Source of the DNA: an uncultured Oscillospiraceae bacterium
GTDB lineage: Bacteria; Bacillota; Clostridia; Oscillospirales; Oscillospiraceae
Assembly (NCBI GenBank): GCA_964450205.1
Contig: CAYVCR010000002.1
Coordinates: forward strand, 1 to 37,165
Reading direction: 5' to 3'
Length of the DNA stretch: 37,165 bases
The stretch's first letter is position 1. Every line of letters begins with the position of its first letter. Position numbers and translations under genes: made by a program. The notes under the pieces were generated by a model. That model searched no databases, was not told the origin of the DNA, and worked only from the letters and a program-made list of their open reading frames with translations. Shown piece by piece: positions 17,795 to 27,388 of this stretch.

Positions 17795-19411
17795 ATGGAG
17801 AGGATCAACGGCACTTCCTATAAAGGAATGATCGATTACGGCGCCCGTAATCTTGTAAAAAATTGCGACACCATTAACCAACTGAATGTGTTCCCTGTGC
17901 CGGACGGCGATACCGGCACCAACATGGTCACCACCATCGTCAAGGGCCTTCAGTCTGTGGAGGATAACATAGTCGATCTGGACACGGTTTCCCAGAGGAT
18001 CGCTTCCTCCGTGATCTTCGGTGCCCGGGGCAACTCCGGTGTCATCGTGTCTCAGTTCATCAAGGGCGTGTCCGAGGTGTTCATCGGCTCTGAAACTGCC
18101 GATGCCGCCCTTCTGGTGGCCGCATTGGAGCGTGGTGTGGTCTGCGCCTATGACGCAGTTGCCACCCCCGTGGAGGGCACCATGCTCACCGTGGTCAAAG
18201 ATGCCACCAATGCGGTCAAGGCCCGGCTGCGTGACGAGCACACCATCAACGATGTGATCGCCATGTTTATCAAATACGCCAAGCAGTCTTTGGATCACAC
18301 CCCCGATCTGCTGCCCGCACTGAAACAAGCAGGCGTAGTAGACAGTGGCGGTGCCGGCATCGTATACTTCTTTGAAGGCATGCAGAAGTATCTGGACGGC
18401 GAATCTCTGGAGGCCTTTGAGACAGCTGAGGAAACGCCGCAGGCGGACTACTCTGCCTTCAATCCCGATTCCGCCTTTAAATTCGGCTACTGCACGGAGC
18501 TGCTGATCCAGCTGCTCAACGCCAAAGAGCCCTTTGTCTTTGAGACTTTCAAAAAGACGCTCATGGGCATGGGTGATTCTGTAGTGGTCCTGCAGGACAA
18601 TGATAAGGTGCGGATCCATATCCACACCAAGACCCCCGAGGAGGTTTTTGCTTTCTGCCACCGGTACGGCGAGTTTCTGAATCTGAAGGTGGAAAACATG
18701 ATGGTGCAGCACACGGAGACCATCAAAAACATCCTCTGCTCCCCCACCCCCAGCAAGGGCACCTTCTCGGTGGTGGCGGTGGCCTACGACAACGCGGTGC
18801 AGAAGCTCTTTGTGGACATGGGTGCAGACGTGGTCATCCGCTGCGAGGAAAGCGCCTCCCCCAAGGAGTTCCTGGACGCCTTCGAGAATGTGACCACCCC
18901 GGAGATCCTGGTGTTCCCCAACAGCTCCGATTCCATACTCTCGGCCATGCAGGCCCAAAAGCTCTATAAGGATGCTGCCGTCACCGTGATTCCCAGCCGG
19001 GGCATCGCCGAGTGTTATGCCGCACTGCCCATCATCGACTTTGCTGAGGACAACACCAAGCGTGTAGCCGATACGGTGGCCGAGACCATCAACAACCTCT
19101 ATGTTGTCAACATCGCCCGCCGGAAAAACACCATGGACCCCGGCAGCAGTCAGCTGGAGGAATATTACGCATTCTCCCGCAAGGACATCATCGCCATTGG
19201 CAAGACGCTGGAGGAAACGGCTGTCCAGACCATCGATTTGGTGCTGCGGAAATACTGCAAGGATATTATCACCATCTTCCACGGCAAGCATGTGCGCCGG
19301 GAGCAGCTGGAGAACATCACCACTGCTTTGGAAGCACTTGGTGTGTGTGCAGAAGTGTTCCTGGTGCCTTCGGAGAAGGCTTCCAGCGAGCTGATACTCT
19401 CATTTGAGTAA
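17795..19411 (+). CDS. fakA: DAK2-domain fatty acid kinase (FakA/YloV-like)
   Basis: LNVFPVPDGDTGTNM, GARGNSGVI, VVDSGG, YCTE and HIHT motifs. Confidence 0.9.
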   Translation: MERINGTSYKGMIDYGARNLVKNCDTINQLNVFPVPDGDTGTNMVTTIVKGLQSVEDNIVDLDTVSQRIASSVIFGARGNSGVIVSQFIKGVSEVFIGSETADAALLVAALERGVVCAYDAVATPVEGTMLTVVKDATNAVKARLRDEHTINDVIAMFIKYAKQSLDHTPDLLPALKQAGVVDSGGAGIVYFFEGMQKYLDGESLEAFETAEETPQADYSAFNPDSAFKFGYCTELLIQLLNAKEPFVFETFKKTLMGMGDSVVVLQDNDKVRIHIHTKTPEEVFAFCHRYGEFLNLKVENMMVQHTETIKNILCSPTPSKGTFSVVAVAYDNAVQKLFVDMGADVVIRCEESASPKEFLDAFENVTTPEILVFPNSSDSILSAMQAQKLYKDAAVTVIPSRGIAECYAALPIIDFAEDNTKRVADTVAETINNLYVVNIARRKNTMDPGSSQLEEYYAFSRKDIIAIGKTLEETAVQTIDLVLRKYCKDIITIFHGKHVRREQLENITTALEALGVCAEVFLVPSEKASSELILSFE

Positions 19412-19431
19412 GTAAGAAAGAGGTATTCACT

Positions 19432-20742
19432 ATGAAAAAAGGCAAGCTGATCCTGTACGCCTGCTCCGGCCTTGGCGTCAATATGCTGAACATCATTGTA
19501 GGCTCTTATTTGTGCAGCGCCCTGTTGGTGGGCGGCTTTGACAAGCATGTGGAGCAATGGACCTACCTGAATAAGGATCTGGTCATTGCCGGTCTGTGGG
19601 GCACGCTGGTGCTGATCGCCAAGATCATCGACGGTCTGATTGACATTCCCTTCTCCCACTTTACGGACAACCTGCGCACCAAATGGGGCAGAAGAAAGCC
19701 CTCCCTGGTCATTGGCTTCGTACCCATGGTCATTGCATACCTGCTGTTCCTGATCCCCCTCAACGACGGCGCGACCATTCTCAATACCATTTGGTTTGCC
19801 GCCATGCTGTTCATTTTCTACGGCGCGTACACGCTGACCATGATCACCTACTACGCCACCTTCTCGGAGATCGCGCAGAATGAGCAGGAGATCAGCCTTT
19901 TGTCCAACGCCAAGAGCGTCTGCGACGTGGTCTACTTCTGCCTGGGCTTTGCCCTGGTGCCTGCCTTCGTTTCCATGGGGATGAACATCCGGACCGTGGC
20001 GCTGATCTTCCTGCCCCTGAGCCTGACCATGCTGATCCCCATGTTCCTTTTGAAGGAAAAGCCTATCGATATGTCTGCCCCCAAGCCCCCCAAGGGCGAA
20101 CGTGTCACTGTAGCCAAGAGCTTTGGCTTCGTGCTGAAGGATAAGCCCTTCATTCTGTGGCTGTGCGTGCTGAGCATCATGAACGTCGGCCTGCAGCTGT
20201 TCCTCAGCGGTATCAACGAGTTTTTCTCCACGGCAGGGCTGAATATGACCTTTATCATGGCCTCCTGCTTTGTGCCTGTGCCCCTGACTATTCTGCTGTA
20301 TAACAAGGTGGTCAAGAAGCGGGGCCTGGGCTTTGGCTACCGGTATATTCTGTTGGTATTCTCCATCGGTATGGCGCTGATGTATCTGTGCCCCATGCTG
20401 CCAGAAAAGCTCATGTTCCCCTATGCTATCATGTGTGCGCTGATCGTATCTGTTTCCATCGGTGCGTTCTTCTCCGTCACATACTCTGTGCCTTCCTTCT
20501 GCGCTGCCTTGCGCCGCAAGGAGAACGAGTCCTCTTCTTCCATGTACTTCGCCATCCAGGGCCTGTTTGAAGGCGCTTCTGCCGGTCTTGCCTCCGGCGT
20601 GATATTGGTTTGGATGAAGCAGTCCGGCACCGTTCCTTACATGACCATCGTGGTAGCGGCCTGCTGTATGGCAGCCTTCAGCCTGTCCTTCCTGCTGCCC
20701 AAGAGCATTGCACAGCTGGGCAAAGTGGAGCCGCACGCATGA
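19432..20742 (+). CDS. MFS transporter, GPH/MelB-like (MFS_2)
   Basis: About 12 TM helices; IIDGLIDIPF..TD..RTKWGRRKP motif. Confidence 0.85.
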   Translation: MKKGKLILYACSGLGVNMLNIIVGSYLCSALLVGGFDKHVEQWTYLNKDLVIAGLWGTLVLIAKIIDGLIDIPFSHFTDNLRTKWGRRKPSLVIGFVPMVIAYLLFLIPLNDGATILNTIWFAAMLFIFYGAYTLTMITYYATFSEIAQNEQEISLLSNAKSVCDVVYFCLGFALVPAFVSMGMNIRTVALIFLPLSLTMLIPMFLLKEKPIDMSAPKPPKGERVTVAKSFGFVLKDKPFILWLCVLSIMNVGLQLFLSGINEFFSTAGLNMTFIMASCFVPVPLTILLYNKVVKKRGLGFGYRYILLVFSIGMALMYLCPMLPEKLMFPYAIMCALIVSVSIGAFFSVTYSVPSFCAALRRKENESSSSMYFAIQGLFEGASAGLASGVILVWMKQSGTVPYMTIVVAACCMAAFSLSFLLPKSIAQLGKVEPHA

Positions 20743-21410
20743 AAATGACCGGTCTCCACCATATCGGCCGTTGGTTTGGTATTATCACCGGCTGGCCCGC
20801 ACAGCTGGTGTACTTTAAGCGCAAGGTCTATTTTCAGAACAAAAAGGTCCAGGGCCGCCGGATCAAAGGCGGTGCGCTGGTGATCTCCAATCACTACAAC
20901 CCTCTGGACTTTGTAACCAATACCTTTTTGCTTTTTCCCCGCATGCTCTATGTGGTCGCGTCTGAGTACGCATTCATGACACCCGGCCTGCGGGTGGGCA
21001 TGAAGTTCTTTGGCGGCATCGAGACCGATCGGAACGTAAAGGGTATGAGCTTTATCCATCAGAGCGCTGCTGAACTGAAAAAAGGCCATCTGGTGCAGAT
21101 CTTCCCGGAGGGGCATAACACCGATGACGGTAATATCCACCCCTTCTACCCCAGCTATCTTGTCATTGCCCTGATGGGCAATGCCCCCATCATTCCTGTG
21201 ATCTCCGATGGTAACTACGGCCTTAAAAAGCGGCTGCATGTGATCATCGGCGAGCCTATCGACCTGCACGATCACTTCCCCGGCGGCAAGTACACCCAGG
21301 AGGACCTGGACCGGGTCAACGAAGTGATCTATCAGCATGTACTGCAGCTGCGCGCCCTTCTGGACGAGAAGGTAGCTGCCGGGCACAGGAACAGAAAGGA
21401 ATCCACCTGA
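20739..21410 (+). CDS. plsC: Lysophospholipid / 1-acyl-sn-glycerol-3-phosphate acyltransferase (PlsC family)
   Basis: NHYNPLD (HX4D) and FPEG motifs; ATGA overlap with the MFS stop. Confidence 0.85.
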   Translation: MKMTGLHHIGRWFGIITGWPAQLVYFKRKVYFQNKKVQGRRIKGGALVISNHYNPLDFVTNTFLLFPRMLYVVASEYAFMTPGLRVGMKFFGGIETDRNVKGMSFIHQSAAELKKGHLVQIFPEGHNTDDGNIHPFYPSYLVIALMGNAPIIPVISDGNYGLKKRLHVIIGEPIDLHDHFPGGKYTQEDLDRVNEVIYQHVLQLRALLDEKVAAGHRNRKEST

Positions 21411-22366
21411 TGCCAGAATTTATGACTTATATATGGTATACCCTGGGTGCCGTCGCGGTACTGGGCATCGCATTCTACTTTTTTTCCATCTTTTTCGCCG
21501 CAAGAATCATCTACTCCAAGACACTGACCCGCAACAGCAAGGAGCAGTGGAGTCGGGATTCCGTGATCGAAGATCCCAAGCAGCAGGAAATGGATGTATT
21601 GGGTCAGGCCTGGAAGGCAGAGCACATCCAGTTCAAGCAGGACGTGCATATCGTCCGCGACGGACTTAACCTGTACGGCGAATACTACGATCTCGGCTTT
21701 AAGCGCTGCTGTATGCTGCTGTCCGGTAGAACGGAAAGCCTGCGCTACGGCTACTTTTTCGTAAAACCCTACGCCGAAGCCGGCTGGAATGTAATGGTCA
21801 TCGACGCCCGTGCCCACGGCAATTCCGACGGCCAATACAACACCCTGGGCTTCGAAGAGAGCCAGGATGACCTGGCCTGGGCCAAATTTCTCCACGAGGA
21901 GAAGGGCATGGAGCAGGTGATCTTCCACGGTATCTGCATCGGTGCTGCCGGCGGTATGCTGGCCCTCACCGATCCCAAGTGCCCCGATTATGTGGCCGGT
22001 CTTGTGGCTGAGGGCATGTTCGCCTACTTCGGCTACTCCATGCGTCAGCAGCTGATCGAGCGCAAAAAGCTCATGTGGCCCATTATGCAGGCCATTGACT
22101 TACAAGTACGCCGCCACACCGGCTACTCCATGATGCGCGGCCCCATCCATGTGATCGATAAAATGGAAAAGCCGCTTTTGATGCTCCACAGCAAGGAAGA
22201 CCGCTACTCGGTTCCGGAAAACGCACAAAAGCTCTACGACCTGTGTCCCAGCAAGCAGAAAAAGCTTGTCTGGTTCGACCATGGCGGTCACTCCCTGCTG
22301 CGGATCACCGACATGGAAAAGTACGATACATCTATCAAAGATTTTCTAAAAGAAACCTATTCGTAA
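21410..22366 (+). CDS. Membrane-anchored alpha/beta hydrolase
   Basis: N-terminal TM; DARAHGNSDG, GICIG elbow, HSKED and GGH motifs; TGATG overlap with plsC. Confidence 0.85.
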   Translation: MPEFMTYIWYTLGAVAVLGIAFYFFSIFFAARIIYSKTLTRNSKEQWSRDSVIEDPKQQEMDVLGQAWKAEHIQFKQDVHIVRDGLNLYGEYYDLGFKRCCMLLSGRTESLRYGYFFVKPYAEAGWNVMVIDARAHGNSDGQYNTLGFEESQDDLAWAKFLHEEKGMEQVIFHGICIGAAGGMLALTDPKCPDYVAGLVAEGMFAYFGYSMRQQLIERKKLMWPIMQAIDLQVRRHTGYSMMRGPIHVIDKMEKPLLMLHSKEDRYSVPENAQKLYDLCPSKQKKLVWFDHGGHSLLRITDMEKYDTSIKDFLKETYS

Positions 22367-22413
22367 CAAACAGCGCGCTGCGCTGTCAAGAATAACAAAG
22401 AGGAGGACACATT

Positions 22414-22860
22414 ATGTTCTGTAGATCTTGCGGTACTCAGTTGCCGGACGGTACAGCTTTCTGCGCCAATTGCGGCACCAAAGTAGACGTACAGCCCGCA
22501 CCCCAGCCTGCTTTCGAAGCACCCCAGCAGCCTGTTTATACGGCACCTCAAACTGCTCCCGTGGTAGCACCCGAGCGTCCTCAGGAAGATCCTGAAGTGA
22601 ACAGCTTGGCCACCACCACCCTGATTTTGGGCATCGTCGGTCTTGCCCTGAGTGAGCTTGGTCTGCCCGGTCTGATCGTGTCCAACATTGGTTTGAAAAA
22701 GGCCGCCGAGTTTGAGCGCCGCGCCGGCAAGCTGTTCGGCAAAGCAAGAGTTGGCCGTAACCTGGCAAAGCCCGGCAAGATCGTGGGCATTGTTATGACC
22801 ATCTTCTGGGCCGTTTACATTTTCATTGTCATGATCGCTGCCATCGCCAGCGCCCTGTGA
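22414..22860 (+). CDS. Zinc-ribbon membrane protein
   Basis: CRSCG..FCANCG, Pro/Gln linker, two C-terminal TM helices; GAGGAGG RBS. Confidence 0.8.
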   Translation: MFCRSCGTQLPDGTAFCANCGTKVDVQPAPQPAFEAPQQPVYTAPQTAPVVAPERPQEDPEVNSLATTTLILGIVGLALSELGLPGLIVSNIGLKKAAEFERRAGKLFGKARVGRNLAKPGKIVGIVMTIFWAVYIFIVMIAAIASAL

Positions 22861-22968
22861 TCACACAATCCAACCGGACAGCTTATCAGCTGTCCGGTTT
22901 TTTGTTGACACAAGTATGTAAAAATAGTATAATTGGAAATAGAAACAATAGAAAAGGAGGCTCATACC

Positions 22969-23508
22969 ATGTTTTGTAAGTACTGTGGAACTAAGCTGAT
23001 CGATTCAGCGGTCTTTTGCCATGAATGCGGCAAGGCAACAGCCGAACAACCGGTTTGCCAACAGCCTGTCCCCCCTGTTCCTCCGACGCAGCCCGTATAC
23101 CAGCAGCCTGTGCCACCGGTGCAGCCGGTCTATCAGCCGGTTTATCAGCAGCCGGTACAACCTGTGTACCAGTCTCCTGTGCAGCCTGTCTGGCAGCCGC
23201 CTGTGCCCCAACCTGCAGACCCTGCTCAGCTTGCCAAGCTGGAACGGCAGACGCTGACCTTCGGTATCCTGGGTCTGTCCCTTTCCATGCTGGGCGTGCC
23301 CGGTATTGTGTTATCCGGCATTGCTGCCAAAAAGGCCGGGGTCTATAAGAAGCTGACCGGCAAGGTGGACGGCAAAGTCATGACCGGTTATCGCCTGGCT
23401 AAGGCGGGCCGTACCGTTGGCATCATCATGACCGTACTGCTGAGTATTATCGTCCCGCTTTTGCTTGAGGGCGACATTACTTACGGTGATTCCTACAGTT
23501 ACTTCTGA
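22969..23508 (+). CDS. Zinc-ribbon membrane protein (paralog) with QPVY repeats
   Basis: CKYCG..FCHECG, QPV repeats, same TM motif as 22414; AAGGAGG RBS before 22969. Confidence 0.8.
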   Translation: MFCKYCGTKLIDSAVFCHECGKATAEQPVCQQPVPPVPPTQPVYQQPVPPVQPVYQPVYQQPVQPVYQSPVQPVWQPPVPQPADPAQLAKLERQTLTFGILGLSLSMLGVPGIVLSGIAAKKAGVYKKLTGKVDGKVMTGYRLAKAGRTVGIIMTVLLSIIVPLLLEGDITYGDSYSYF

Positions 23509-23638
23509 TCCATAGGATATTTTCCCGCTGACCTGCCGGCCAGCGGGATTTTTTATATTTTAGAAACATTTCACAAAAAAATTCCAAACAACCTCTTTGT
23601 ATGATACTGCCGTAAATCAAGCAAAGGAGATAACAAAT

Positions 23639-23833
23639 ATGTCTAAGTTCGCAGAAAAGGTAACGGGCGGCTACAAGAAGATCGAAGCGGGCGTAGTCGG
23701 CGGCTACAAGAAAATGGAGGCCGGCGTTTTGGACGGCTTTAACAAAGTCACCGACACGTGCGTGAAGACCTTCTTCGCCAAAGAGGGCGAGACTGTGGAA
23801 GATGCCAAAAAACGCCTGTCCGGCAAAGAATAA
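23639..23833 (+). CDS. Small hypothetical protein with 11-aa repeats
   Basis: VTGGYKKIEAG/VVGGYKKMEAG/VLDGFNKVTDT; AAGGAG RBS. Confidence 0.75.
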   Translation: MSKFAEKVTGGYKKIEAGVVGGYKKMEAGVLDGFNKVTDTCVKTFFAKEGETVEDAKKRLSGKE

Positions 23834-23867
23834 TCAAACACAACATTTTCAGAAAGAGGTAATGATC

Positions 23868-24233
23868 ATGAATCAAAACGATCAGGAATTTTTGGTGCAG
23901 AAGATCCGCACCCAGTACACGGAAAAACAGTACACCGAGTTGGAACAGCTGCAGGCACTGGATATTAAGGTCAAGCGGCCCGCCAATCTGTTTGCATACC
24001 TTTTTGGCTCTTTGGGCGCGATCATCATGGGCAGTGGCATGAGCCTGGTAATGACAGAGGTTGGCAGCATACTGGGTATGGAAAATGCCATGGTACCCGG
24101 TATCGCAGTAGGTGTGATCGGTCTTGTGATGGCGATCATCAACTATCCCATCTACAAGGGTATTCTGACAAACCGCCGGAAAAAGTACGCAGCACAGATC
24201 ATTAGCCTTAGTGAAAAGCTGATGCAGAAATAA
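23868..24233 (+). CDS. Two-TM conserved membrane protein
   Basis: IRTQY..L..LD..GMSLVM..YPIY..I..LSEKL; GAGGT RBS; paralogous to 26958-27329. Confidence 0.8.
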   Translation: MNQNDQEFLVQKIRTQYTEKQYTELEQLQALDIKVKRPANLFAYLFGSLGAIIMGSGMSLVMTEVGSILGMENAMVPGIAVGVIGLVMAIINYPIYKGILTNRRKKYAAQIISLSEKLMQK

Positions 24234-24334
24234 ACGTGCGGGGCTGACGTCCTCGCACTTTCCTTAGAAACAAAACTTTAACATTCTCCTCCTATGATAT
24301 ATAATAAATAAAATTACTTTGCGGAGGTACGGCC

Positions 24335-25006
24335 ATGTTTAAGATTTTGGTGGTAGAAGACGACAGGGACTTAAACCGCACCGTATGTGCTTTTCTGAAC
24401 TGCAGCGGCTATGAGGCTGTTGGGTGTCTGAGCGCCGGAGAGGCTTATGATGCCATGTATGCGACCATGTTCGATCTGATCGTATCGGACATCATGATGC
24501 CCGGTATCGACGGCTTTGAATTTGCCAAAACCGTACGCAGTCTCAACGAAAATATCCCCATTCTTTTCATGACCGCCCGGGATGATTTTGCATCCAAGCA
24601 GCGGGGCTTCCGTATTGGTGTGGACGATTACATGGTCAAACCCATCGACTTAGACGAGCTGTTCCTGCGGATCGGTGCGCTGCTGCGCCGGGCAAAGATC
24701 GCCACCTCCCGAAAGCTGGAGATCGGCAGTTTTGTCATGGATGCTGACGAGCGCACCGCCTGTCTGGCAGACACAGAGATCAGCCTGACCAACCGGGAAT
24801 TCAATATCCTATACAAGCTCTTGAGCTACCCCAAAAAGACCTTTACCCGGCAGCAGCTGATGGATGAATTTTGGGATGTGGATACGGAAACCACCCCGCG
24901 GGCGGTAGACGTGTATATGACCAAGCTGCGCAGCAAGCTTTCCGGCTGTGAGTATTTTGAGATCAAGACCGTCCATGGTCTTGGCTACAAGGCGGTGATC
25001 AAATGA
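24335..25006 (+). CDS. OmpR-family response regulator (HssR-like)
   Basis: VEDD, DIMMP, KP and winged-helix VDVYMTKLRSKL..TVHGLGY. Confidence 0.93.
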   Translation: MFKILVVEDDRDLNRTVCAFLNCSGYEAVGCLSAGEAYDAMYATMFDLIVSDIMMPGIDGFEFAKTVRSLNENIPILFMTARDDFASKQRGFRIGVDDYMVKPIDLDELFLRIGALLRRAKIATSRKLEIGSFVMDADERTACLADTEISLTNREFNILYKLLSYPKKTFTRQQLMDEFWDVDTETTPRAVDVYMTKLRSKLSGCEYFEIKTVHGLGYKAVIK

Positions 25007-26076
25007 AGAGGGGCTCTGTGACCCGGACGGTACTGAAATATGCCCAGCTGTTTCTGGTGATCTTTGCCGTTGTAGCCTTCACTATCACCTGCTGTACCAT
25101 GTTGTTCGTATCCACCTTGCGGGACAGCTTGGGTATTACGCTGACCAGCGAAAATATCGGCAACGCCGCCAAGATCACCTTTGTCAATGTGGTGCTGCTG
25201 AGTTTGCTGTTTACCCTCTTTGACATCGTCCGGCGAAAGCTGACGGTGGACAGGCCTGTACGACAGATCACCCAGGCCGCCGAGCGTCTGATCCAGGGCG
25301 ACTTTTCTGTACGGATCTCACTGGAGGGACGGCTGCGCAATGACGATATTTTCCGCCCCATTGCCCAGTGCTTCAACCAGCTTGCCCAGGAATTAGGCAG
25401 TGTAGAGACCCTGCGGAAAGATTTCATCGCCAACGTGTCCCATGAATTGAAAACTCCTCTGGCCGTCATGGGCAATTATGCCACCATGCTCCGGCAGCCA
25501 GGCATTACAAATGAAGAAAAGGATGAATATGCCAAATCCATTGAACAGGCTTCCCGGCGGCTCGCCCAGCTGGTCACCAACATTCTGAAGCTGAACAAGC
25601 TGGAAAATCAACAGATCTTCCCCCAGGCGGAGGAATACGATCTGGCTGAGCAGCTGCGGGAGAGTCTGTTGCAGTTTGAGGATATGTGGGAAAAGAAGGA
25701 ACTGTGCATCCAGGCGGACATTGCAGAAAATGTGTGCATTCGCTCAGATGCCGAGCTATTGGCCCTGGTGTGGAACAATCTGATCTCCAACGCCGTGAAA
25801 TTTACCCCGGAAGGCGGCACTGTCAGCCTGCTCCTGCAGGCTGACGAGGCGTTTGTGACTGTGGCTGTCCGCGATACTGGCTGCGGCATGACCCCGGAGA
25901 CCGGCAGGCACATCTTTGAAAAATTCTATCAAGGCGATACCTCCCACACCGCCCAAGGCAATGGTCTTGGTCTGGCACTGGTCAAGCGGGTGATGGATAT
26001 TCTGGGCGGCCAGATCACTGTGCAAAGCATCCGCGGACAAGGCAGCACCTTCACCGTGACCATCCGGAGGTACTGA
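25003..26076 (+). CDS. HAMP sensor histidine kinase with short extracellular loop
   Basis: SHELKTPL, NLISNAVKF, DTGCG and GNGLGL motifs; two TM. Confidence 0.93.
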   Translation: MKRGSVTRTVLKYAQLFLVIFAVVAFTITCCTMLFVSTLRDSLGITLTSENIGNAAKITFVNVVLLSLLFTLFDIVRRKLTVDRPVRQITQAAERLIQGDFSVRISLEGRLRNDDIFRPIAQCFNQLAQELGSVETLRKDFIANVSHELKTPLAVMGNYATMLRQPGITNEEKDEYAKSIEQASRRLAQLVTNILKLNKLENQQIFPQAEEYDLAEQLRESLLQFEDMWEKKELCIQADIAENVCIRSDAELLALVWNNLISNAVKFTPEGGTVSLLLQADEAFVTVAVRDTGCGMTPETGRHIFEKFYQGDTSHTAQGNGLGLALVKRVMDILGGQITVQSIRGQGSTFTVTIRRY

Positions 26077-26077
26077 C

Positions 26078-26968
26078 ATGGATTGGATAAAGATCAGAAA
26101 GGCGCTGCTCTTTCCGCCTGCCTGGCTCATCGCGGTTCTGATCCTTGTCAGCGGAGCTGCACTGACAGCAGTATTCGTCTGCAGCTATGAGGAAAGTCCC
26201 ATTGCTTACGCAGTGTATGTGCTGGCTTTTTACACCCTAAGCGTGGTATGCCTTTTTTGCTGGAAGGTGCTGCCGGAAAAATACCAGCAGGTCAAGGAAA
26301 AAGCACTTGCCCTTCCCCTGGTCGACCGCTACCGGACAGACGGGGCGCTGCGCAGCAAAGTATCCCTGTACACTTCGCTGGGGATCAGTCTTTTATATGT
26401 TGGTATCAACCTGCTGAACTGGTACTGGAGCCGCAGCTGGTGGTTTGTGGTGCTGGCCGGTTACTACATGATCATGGCTGTGCTGCGCTTTTTGCTGGTG
26501 CGCTATGTCCGCAAAAAAAGGATCGGCACGGAAATTTTGGCGGAATGGAGACGCTCCCGGCTCTGCGCCTGTATCCTTCTGCTTGTCAATCTGTCCTTAA
26601 GCGGCGCGGTGCTGATGATCCTATACCAAAACAAGGGCTATTCCTATCCGGGTATGATGATCTATGTGATGTCCGCCTACACGTTCTATGCCACGATTCA
26701 TGCTATCATTGATATTGTAAAATACCGCTCTTTGGGCAGTCCGGTCATGTCAACTGTAAAGATCGTATCTCTGTCAGCTGCACTGGTATCCATGCTGAAC
26801 CTGGAAACGGCCATGTTCGCCCAGTTTGGAGCCGACATGCCCCTGGACCAGCAGCACCTGTTAATCATCCTTACCGGTGGTGGGATCAGCATCAGCGTTG
26901 TGATCCTGTCCGTTCTGCTCATTGTGAGCGCTACAAAAGAGATCAGGAGAAATAAAGATGGAGAATAA
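26078..26968 (+). CDS. Multi-pass membrane protein of unknown function
   Basis: About 8 hydrophobic segments; GGAGG RBS; tightly coupled to neighbours. Confidence 0.75.
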   Translation: MDWIKIRKALLFPPAWLIAVLILVSGAALTAVFVCSYEESPIAYAVYVLAFYTLSVVCLFCWKVLPEKYQQVKEKALALPLVDRYRTDGALRSKVSLYTSLGISLLYVGINLLNWYWSRSWWFVVLAGYYMIMAVLRFLLVRYVRKKRIGTEILAEWRRSRLCACILLLVNLSLSGAVLMILYQNKGYSYPGMMIYVMSAYTFYATIHAIIDIVKYRSLGSPVMSTVKIVSLSAALVSMLNLETAMFAQFGADMPLDQQHLLIILTGGGISISVVILSVLLIVSATKEIRRNKDGE

Positions 26969-27329
26969 GGAAGGCTTCCACTTCACCTACTCCGCTGCCC
27001 AGCAGCAGGAGATCGAAAATATCCGCAAAAAATACCTGCCCCGGGAGCAGGACAAAATGGCCCGGCTGCACCAGCTGGACGACAGCTGCACCCAAAAGGC
27101 CACCGTGGTATCTCTGATCCTAGGCGTACTGGGATCGCTGATCCTGGGTATGGGCATGTGCTGCACCATGGTTTGGGGCGGTGTGTGGTTTATCCCCGGT
27201 ATCGTGATCGGGATCGCTGGCATCGCCATCGTGTGCAGCGCCTATCCCCTGTACAGCCGCATTTTGGAAAAGACCCGCAAAAAGCTGGCGCCGGAAATTC
27301 TGAAGCTGACTGATGAATTACTGCAATAA
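26958..27329 (+). CDS. Two-TM conserved membrane protein (paralog of 23868)
   Basis: IRKKY..L..LD..GMCCTM..YPLY..I..LTDEL. Confidence 0.8.
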   Translation: MENKEGFHFTYSAAQQQEIENIRKKYLPREQDKMARLHQLDDSCTQKATVVSLILGVLGSLILGMGMCCTMVWGGVWFIPGIVIGIAGIAIVCSAYPLYSRILEKTRKKLAPEILKLTDELLQ

Positions 27330-27388
27330 TGGCTTTTTATTTTGCGTGTGGTATGCTACAATGAAGAAAACATCGAAAGGAGCACACC

